Origin: an uncultured Eubacteriales bacterium
GTDB taxonomy: Bacteria; Bacillota; Clostridia; Oscillospirales; Acutalibacteraceae
DNA length: 64,000 bases
NCBI GenBank assembly: GCA_964507395.1
Contig: CAZDQE010000004.1
Location: 1,048 to 65,047 of the forward strand
Direction of reading: 5' to 3'
A program made the translations under genes and the position numbers. Of this stretch, positions 58,024-64,000 are shown in pieces (the first letter of the stretch is position 1; every line of letters starts with the position of its first letter). The notes under the pieces were generated by a model. That model was not told the origin of the DNA, ran no database searches, and was given only the letters and a program-made list of their open reading frames with translations.

Positions 58024-59868
58024 TTAAATTTTAAACTCAAAAATAATTTTCCAAAATTCAGAATATCCTTTTGCGCCAAAGATTTTAATGAAAGTATCGC
58101 TGATAATTTTCAATATTTGTATTAAAACATTATTCAAAATATCTTCAAAGCTGTCTTTCTTTTCTTTTCCGTTTTCGATTTTGTAAATCACGGCGTCAAA
58201 CTCATCGTTTGCGGCATTGAATTCCTCCGTGGGCATATACGTGCTTTCTACTGCCCTGCCCAACTTTTCAAGAGCTGCATTAAAAGCCGCCGCATCCTCA
58301 CTGCTGAGTGTTGATGTGTCGAAGTCTTTCCACTCGTTATACTTTGCAACGATTTTCCTTGATGTTCTGGCATAGTTAAACTGCGGAAATGCCGGATCGG
58401 AATATACGTCTTCAAAAGTCGGATCGGTAAGAATTCTGATTGCAAGACGGATTATTACGTCGTTATCTGCTGTGGATTCATGACCTTGATTTTTGAAATA
58501 AAATGTTCTGTCGCACATAATACCCGTTGAAGCATCAATCAGTCTGTCTTCATCAATGTGATTATGTTCGGGATTTGTACAATATGTATTTGCCTGCTTA
58601 TAACCGTCCGCAAGAGGCACGTTGACATTTACCGTCGTTGCACCGAAAGACACGGAATCGCAATGAATAACACCGTCACCGTTTTCGGTATTCCACGAAT
58701 CAAATATTTTGTAATTGGCGGCGTTGTAATTAACTATATCAAAGAATTCAACGCCCTTTGACTGTGCATCAAGAATATATTGTCTTGAATTAAGCTGTGC
58801 ATTATAGTACCAATCTGTTTGCTCACGGATATAAACATCCTCGGGGTCGCTCAGGAATTTCTCTCTGAGTGCAGGATAATCTCTTGACGGAATCAAGCCC
58901 CACAGACAGGTTGAATATTCAAGATAGTCTTCAATGAGTCTGTCCACGATTATGTCAAGCATATTGTTGAGGTCAGCCTCAGGGAAAATACGCAGAGCGA
59001 GATTTATACCATATGCGAGTGCCTGATTATCAGCACCGAGAATCGAGGGAAGCAGATAACCGTAAAGTGCCTCAGGGTCATCAAGAAAACCGTATCTGTA
59101 AATATCACCGAGAACATAAGCACCGTCTGCAGCAGGAACAACATAGCATACCCTGTTGACATCATCGGCAAATTCAAGACCGTTATCTATATAATACTGC
59201 ATCAGAGCATTCTGAATTGAGCCGCCCTGACTGAGCGGAACAAGATTCACTTTATCGTGACCGGTTTCTTTTTTAGCAATCTGTATAAGGTCATAAAGGT
59301 CTTTGGCGGCGTCCTTGATGTTTCCGGTATGTATATATGAACAGAAATAAAGATGGTCAAGACCTGCAATATCAACATATAAATCAAGAGGAACTTTGTT
59401 GAGAGCGTAATCTACCTGCTCCTGAGTAAGATTTGCAAAGCTTGTCATATATCTGTCGGGCTGGATATTCTTTATGGGCTTACCGTATTGGTCAAGCTCA
59501 AGGTTGCCGAGAAGAACCTGACCCGCAACATCAGCAATAGCATTTGCACAGCGATTTTCTTTATCCTGCTGTGTGATGAGCAGTTTTCCGAGAGGAAGAA
59601 TGGCTTCTTCAAGTGCGAGCTTCACAATTTCGTCTGTAGGCTCAAGGAAGAACGGTGCAGAATAAGCAGTTCCGTCGGGCTTAAGCATATCATTGCCGTT
59701 TTCGTCAAGATACATAACATCCGACTGAAAAAGTCCGGGTACAACGATTGACGGACAATGTTCGCAAGTGCATGCACCGTCGGTTTGTGAAACTGCGTAA
59801 ACATTAGAAGAAAAAACAACTGCCAACACAAGTGCAACTGCAACAACTCTCAAAAAAATCTTTTTCAT
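58024..59868 (-). CDS. Secreted protein, possibly lipase/esterase-like alpha/beta hydrolase (614 aa)
   Basis: Signal peptide MKKIFLRVVAVALVLAVVFSSNVYA. VPLSQGGS resembles a nucleophile-elbow (GxSxG-like) motif. Weak assignment. Confidence 0.35.
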   Translation of the reverse strand: MKKIFLRVVAVALVLAVVFSSNVYAVSQTDGACTCEHCPSIVVPGLFQSDVMYLDENGNDMLKPDGTAYSAPFFLEPTDEIVKLALEEAILPLGKLLITQQDKENRCANAIADVAGQVLLGNLELDQYGKPIKNIQPDRYMTSFANLTQEQVDYALNKVPLDLYVDIAGLDHLYFCSYIHTGNIKDAAKDLYDLIQIAKKETGHDKVNLVPLSQGGSIQNALMQYYIDNGLEFADDVNRVCYVVPAADGAYVLGDIYRYGFLDDPEALYGYLLPSILGADNQALAYGINLALRIFPEADLNNMLDIIVDRLIEDYLEYSTCLWGLIPSRDYPALREKFLSDPEDVYIREQTDWYYNAQLNSRQYILDAQSKGVEFFDIVNYNAANYKIFDSWNTENGDGVIHCDSVSFGATTVNVNVPLADGYKQANTYCTNPEHNHIDEDRLIDASTGIMCDRTFYFKNQGHESTADNDVIIRLAIRILTDPTFEDVYSDPAFPQFNYARTSRKIVAKYNEWKDFDTSTLSSEDAAAFNAALEKLGRAVESTYMPTEEFNAANDEFDAVIYKIENGKEKKDSFEDILNNVLIQILKIISDTFIKIFGAKGYSEFWKIIFEFKI

Positions 59869-60167
59869 TTACACGTCTCCTTTTTATTCCGATTCGGTAG
59901 CTTGGTATTTAACTAATTCTATCATACCGCACTAAAATTGTCAATTATAAATCCAACTTCAACGATAAACACCTGAAGAAGTTGAAGCTTATATTTTAAA
60001 ATTGCAGTTCCGGCAAATCGAAATCTGTTTATGTATCCCTACAAATTCTTATTTGTCGAGATGATTTTATCACACTTAATCTGAAAATACAATCGTGTTC
60101 GGGTGTCACACCTGACAATTATTCATACAAGCGAAAATCCGCTCACTTTCGTGAACGGATTTTCGCT

Positions 60168-60242
60168 TGGCTGGGATGGCTGGATTCGAACCAGCGGATA
60201 ACGGAGTCAAAGTCCGGTGCCTTACCACTTGGCGACACCCCA
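60168..60242 (-). tRNA. tRNA-Gln (anticodon TTG), CCA encoded
   Basis: Reverse complement TGGGGTGTCGCCAAGTGGTAAGGCACCGGACTTTGACTCCG...GGTTCGAATCC...CATCCCAGCCA folds as a cloverleaf with anticodon loop CTTTGAC. Confidence 0.9.
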
Positions 60243-60272
60243 ACATATAAAATTTAAAAACAGGCAAAAAAA

Positions 60273-60350
60273 TGGGGTGGATGATCGGGGTCGAACCGAC
60301 GACCTCCAGGGCCACAACCTGGCACTCTAACCAACTGAGCTACATCCACC
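60273..60350 (-). tRNA. tRNA-His (anticodon GTG) with encoded G-1 and CCA
   Basis: Reverse complement G-GTGGATG-TA-GCTCAGTTGGTTAGAGT-G-CCAGG-TTGTGGC-CCTGG-AGGTC-GTCGG-TTCGACC-CCGAT-CATCCAC-C-CCA. The extra 5' G pairing with C73 is His-specific. Confidence 0.9.
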
Positions 60351-60435
60351 AAATAAAACATATATTTTTGGAATACCCGCCGACAAAATCGGAAATTATT
60401 GTGGCAATACAAATATTCCGTAAACAACGTACATA

Positions 60436-60464
60436 ATTATAACAGAGATATTTGATTCTGTCAA
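60436..60464 (-). promoter_or_regulatory. Consensus sigma-A promoter (TTGACA-17-TATAAT) driving tRNA-His/tRNA-Gln
   Basis: On the minus strand, TTGACA (60464-60459), a 17-nt spacer, and TATAAT (60441-60436), about 85 nt upstream of tRNA-His. Confidence 0.7.
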
Positions 60465-60645
60465 TAGGAAGTTGACAATTTTTTTCTTTCAGTTTTAAAA
60501 ACTTTTTTAACAGTTTTAAACTAAATTTGTGCAAACTAATATAAATTTAATTTTATGTTTGAATTGCCATATATTCTCAGAAATTGTTGTTGACTTTTCA
60601 AATTATTCAATATAAAATGAACTTGTACCAAATCTTAGAAAAACG

Positions 60646-62292
60646 GTGATGATTATGGGTATTTTAGATTTTGCAGTATTCCTCGGCGGCGTAGGACTTT
60701 TCCTGTATGGTATAAAAATCATGGGTCAAGGTCTCGAAATGGCTGCAGGAAGCAAGCTTAAATCAATGTTGGATAAGGTAACGTCAAATAAATTTATGGC
60801 TGTGCTTATCGGCGTTGTGGTTACCGCTTTGATTCAGAGCTCCTCTGCAACAACAGTTATGGTTGTCGGATTTGTAAACGCGGGACTTATGAATCTTGTA
60901 CAAGCTACAGGCGTTATCATGGGTGCAAACATCGGTACAACAGTTACCAGCGTTCTTATTGCACTTGATTTAACTGCAATTGCACCTGTTTTTGTGTTTA
61001 TCGGTGCTGCACTGCTTGTTTTTTCAAAAAAGAAGTTTTTGACACATATCGGTGAAATTATTGCAGGTTTCGGTCTTCTTTTCATCGGTATGGATACAAT
61101 GTCTACTGCAATGGAACCGTTGAGAAATTCACAGGTGTTCATTGATTTCATGGTTAAAGCAAACAATCCTATTATAGGAGTTCTTGTAGGTCTTGTGTTT
61201 ACCGCAATTATCCAGAGTTCTTCCGCAAGTATCGGTATTTTGCAGGCTCTGGCTATCAAAGGGCTTATCCCCATTGAATTTGCAGTATTTGTTCTTTTCG
61301 GACAAAATATCGGTACTTGTGTCACTGCTTTGCTTTCATCTGCAGGTAGTAAAACTAACTCAAAACGTGCTGCTATAATTCACCTGTTGTTCAATGCTAT
61401 CGGTACAGTAATCTTTGTGCTCATTACCATATTTACACCATATATTGAGCTTCTTAAAATGATCAGCGATGATACGGTTGTGCAGATTTCAGCAGCTCAT
61501 ATTATTTTCAATGTTGTCAGCACACTCATACTTTTCCCCTTCTCAAACAAAATCGTTGCCCTTTCACGTCGGATTATCCCCGACAAGGAGGACAAGCTCT
61601 CAAAAACACCTCAGCTTTCATATCTTGATGAACGTATTCTTTCAACGCCTCCCCTTGCTGTTAAGCAGGCAGGAAATGAAGTTATCAGAATGGCTGAGCT
61701 TGCAAAAGAAAATTTTTTAAAGGCCGCAAAAGCTTTTATAAATATTGATGATTCAGAGCTTTCAGAGATTGAAGATACAGAAGAAGTTATTAATTTCCTC
61801 AATCACAGCATTACTCCGTATCTCGTGAAAATAAACAATCTGGACATCAGCGAGCAGGATTCTGAGTATATCAGCAGCCTTTTCCATGCAATAACTGACA
61901 TAGAACGTATCGGAGACCATGCAACCAATCTGGCTGAAGCTACTGTTTACAGACGTGACAACAAGCCTGTTTTATCAGATGAGGCAATCAATGAATTAAA
62001 TCTTATGGTAGATAACATTGAAAAGCTTCTTAATAAATCAATTGCAATCTTCGCAAACCAATCAGCAACCTATGAAGAAGCAAAAGCAGCAGTTGACCTT
62101 GAGGAATATATTGATGACCTCCATGATGAAGCAAACGGCAACCATATTAAACGTATGAATAAAGGAAAGTGCGATACTAAGGCCGGTATGCTCTTTATTA
62201 ATACAATCACCGACTTTGAAAGAGTCGCTGACCATGCAATCAATATTGCTTTCTATATTCCAAATCCCCCTCAGGTTGTTGAAGAAAACTGA
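60646..62292 (+). CDS. Na+/phosphate cotransporter family protein with C-terminal PhoU-like repeats
   Basis: Repeated QSSSATT / QSSSASI motifs in TM repeats. C-terminal PhoU-type D.ER.GDHA.N repeated twice. Start is uncertain by a few codons. Confidence 0.85.
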   Translation: MMIMGILDFAVFLGGVGLFLYGIKIMGQGLEMAAGSKLKSMLDKVTSNKFMAVLIGVVVTALIQSSSATTVMVVGFVNAGLMNLVQATGVIMGANIGTTVTSVLIALDLTAIAPVFVFIGAALLVFSKKKFLTHIGEIIAGFGLLFIGMDTMSTAMEPLRNSQVFIDFMVKANNPIIGVLVGLVFTAIIQSSSASIGILQALAIKGLIPIEFAVFVLFGQNIGTCVTALLSSAGSKTNSKRAAIIHLLFNAIGTVIFVLITIFTPYIELLKMISDDTVVQISAAHIIFNVVSTLILFPFSNKIVALSRRIIPDKEDKLSKTPQLSYLDERILSTPPLAVKQAGNEVIRMAELAKENFLKAAKAFINIDDSELSEIEDTEEVINFLNHSITPYLVKINNLDISEQDSEYISSLFHAITDIERIGDHATNLAEATVYRRDNKPVLSDEAINELNLMVDNIEKLLNKSIAIFANQSATYEEAKAAVDLEEYIDDLHDEANGNHIKRMNKGKCDTKAGMLFINTITDFERVADHAINIAFYIPNPPQVVEEN

Positions 62293-62401
62293 GATAATAA
62301 CGGATATGTCGTGCGATGTATCCGTTTTTCATTTTGGTGTTGAAAAATTAATTAAAAGGTGTATAATAATATCATAATATTTTTGAAAGGTTCTGAGAGG
62401 T

Positions 62402-63853
62402 ATGAATACCGAAAACGACAGAAATTTAACTATGCTTTTTGATTTTTATGAATTAACCATGGCTAACGGTTATTTCAAAAACGGAATAGGCGATAAAACT
62501 GCGTATTTCGATATGTTTTTCAGAAAAGTTCCCGATAATGGCGGTTTTGCAATTATGGCAGGTGTCGAGCAGATGGTCGATTACCTTAAAAATCTCAAAT
62601 TCACAGAAAATGACATCGATTATCTGAGGGCAAAGGGGTTCGGAGAAGAATTTCTCAATTATCTCAGAAATTTTGAATTTAAATGCGATGTGTGGACAGT
62701 AAGAGAAGGCACACCTATTTTCCCCGGTGAACCGATCGTTACAGTTAAAGGCCCTGTTATTCAGGCACAATTCGTTGAAACAATGATTCTTCTTTCAATA
62801 AATCATCAGAGCCTGATTGCCACAAAATCCAACAGAATTGTCAGAGCCTCAGAAGGACGAGCTGTTATGGAATTCGGCTCACGCCGTGCTCAGGGATTTG
62901 ACGGTGCAATTCTCGGTGCAAGGGCAGCATATATCGGCGGTTGCATTGGTACAGCCTGTACAATAACAGACAGTATTTACGGCGTACCTGCCCTCGGCAC
63001 AATGGCACATAGCTGGATTCAGATGTTCGATTCCGAGCTTGAAGCTTTTTGTGCGTATGCAAGAGAATATCCTGACAACTGTACTCTCCTTGTTGACACA
63101 TACAATGTAACACACTCGGGTATCCCCAATGCAATCGAAGCTTTCAAAAGAGAAGTTCTGCCGAGAGGTTTCAGACCGAAAGGTGTCAGAATAGACAGCG
63201 GTGACATAACTTATCTTTCCAAAAAAGCAAGAAAAATGCTTGATGAGGCAGGATTTGAAGACTGTCAGATAGTTGCATCAAACTCGCTTGATGAGTACAT
63301 AATCCGTGATATGCTTCTTCAGGGTGCAAAGGTTGATTCGTTCGGAGTAGGCGAAAGACTGATAACAGCATCATCTACTCCTGTTTTTGGCGGTGTTTAT
63401 AAACTTGTTGCTGTTGAAAATGATAACGGAGAAATCATTCCCAAAATTAAAATCAGTGAAAATGTTGCTAAAATCACAACACCGGGATTCAAAAACGTTT
63501 ACAGACTTTATGACAACGAAACAGGTAAAGCAATGGCCGATCTCATCACACTTGCTGATGAAACAATAGATGACGACAAGCCCTATGAGCTCTTCGACCC
63601 CGAACATACATGGAAAAGAAAGACGATTGAAAACTTCACCTCCGTTTCATTAAAAGAAAAAATCTTTGAAAACGGAAAATTCATAGGCAAGGAAAGAGAA
63701 TTACGTGAGGTCAGGGATTATTGTGCAGCACAGATTGATACTCTTTGGGATGAAGTAAAGCGTTTTGAAAATCCACATAATTATTATGTTGACCTTTCGC
63801 AGAGACTCTGGGATGAAAAGAACAGACTTCTTGAAAGTCATAAAAGAGGTTGA
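62402..63853 (+). CDS. pncB: Nicotinate phosphoribosyltransferase
   Basis: DFYELTM, FGSRRA, GTMAHSW and RIDSGD motifs. 483 aa. Confidence 0.9.
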   Translation: MNTENDRNLTMLFDFYELTMANGYFKNGIGDKTAYFDMFFRKVPDNGGFAIMAGVEQMVDYLKNLKFTENDIDYLRAKGFGEEFLNYLRNFEFKCDVWTVREGTPIFPGEPIVTVKGPVIQAQFVETMILLSINHQSLIATKSNRIVRASEGRAVMEFGSRRAQGFDGAILGARAAYIGGCIGTACTITDSIYGVPALGTMAHSWIQMFDSELEAFCAYAREYPDNCTLLVDTYNVTHSGIPNAIEAFKREVLPRGFRPKGVRIDSGDITYLSKKARKMLDEAGFEDCQIVASNSLDEYIIRDMLLQGAKVDSFGVGERLITASSTPVFGGVYKLVAVENDNGEIIPKIKISENVAKITTPGFKNVYRLYDNETGKAMADLITLADETIDDDKPYELFDPEHTWKRKTIENFTSVSLKEKIFENGKFIGKERELREVRDYCAAQIDTLWDEVKRFENPHNYYVDLSQRLWDEKNRLLESHKRG

Positions 63854-63858
63854 TTTAT

Positions 63859-64000
63859 ATGTTAAAAATTGGTTGTCACCTTTCCGCTTCAGCCGGATAT
63901 GTTCATATGTTTAACGAAGCGCTGAGCATAGGAGCAAATACTTTTCAGTTTTTCACAAGAAATCCAAGAGGCGGAAAAGCTAAAGCCATTGACGAAAAAG
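63859..64000 (+). CDS. nfo: Endonuclease IV (Nfo), 5' part only; runs off the window
   Basis: [15 protein letters not shown]......[15 protein letters not shown] is the typical Nfo N-terminus. Confidence 0.6.
   Translation, partial: MLKIGCHLSASAGYVHMFNEALSIGANTFQFFTRNPRGGKAKAIDEK

Noticed and set aside
1-64000. Scan for CRISPR arrays, rRNA genes, IS elements with terminal inverted repeats and transposases, and tandem repeats.
   Set aside because: No regularly spaced direct repeats, no rRNA-like sequence and no transposase-like ORFs were seen. The only repeat structures found are those listed in the features and findings.

Overview
Low-GC Firmicutes (Clostridia-like, spore-former) chromosomal window. 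About 11-64 kb is mostly ordinary core genome. It holds a complete hisZGDCBHAF(IE) operon, radA, a CwlD-like amidase, ruvX, a class A PBP, metG, tatD, a Xer recombinase, spoIIM, upp, rpiB, tsaB/tsaE, secG, a SEDS protein and pcrA. It also holds a hexuronate catabolism cluster (uxaC-uxuA-SDR-eda with a GPH transporter and a GxGYxYP protein), tRNA-His/tRNA-Gln, a Na/Pi transporter, pncB and the start of nfo. A small accessory patch at 20-25.8 kb begins with a 5'-truncated phage MuF-like head protein fused to an apparently intact ADP-ribosyltransferase domain. The main result is in the first 11 kb. The cotJA-cotJB-cotJC spore-coat operon is present, but cotJC is broken into pieces by inserted DNA. 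A 10.2-kb element (659-10886) sits between codon 33 and codon 34 of cotJC. It has a 4-bp core (CATC) at both junctions, inverted-repeat arms, and a large serine recombinase gene about 40 bp inside one end. This is the architecture of the sigK skin element and of SPbeta in spsM. The same gene is broken again 108 bp further on (at 550/551) by a second insertion that runs off the window. The 10.2-kb element is composite. It carries the serine recombinase, a 1117-aa secreted S8 protease, and a tyrosine integrase bracketed by a perfect 28-bp inverted repeat with an outward-facing consensus promoter (a candidate invertible switch). It also carries a minimal mobilisation module (Replic_Relax protein, VirD4/TraG-like coupling ATPase, M48 metalloprotease) preceded by a ~120-nt palindrome (candidate oriT) and a 111-nt cytosine-free tract. 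No CRISPR arrays or rRNA genes were seen. All functional calls rest on motifs and family resemblance read from the ORF translations; no database search was possible.
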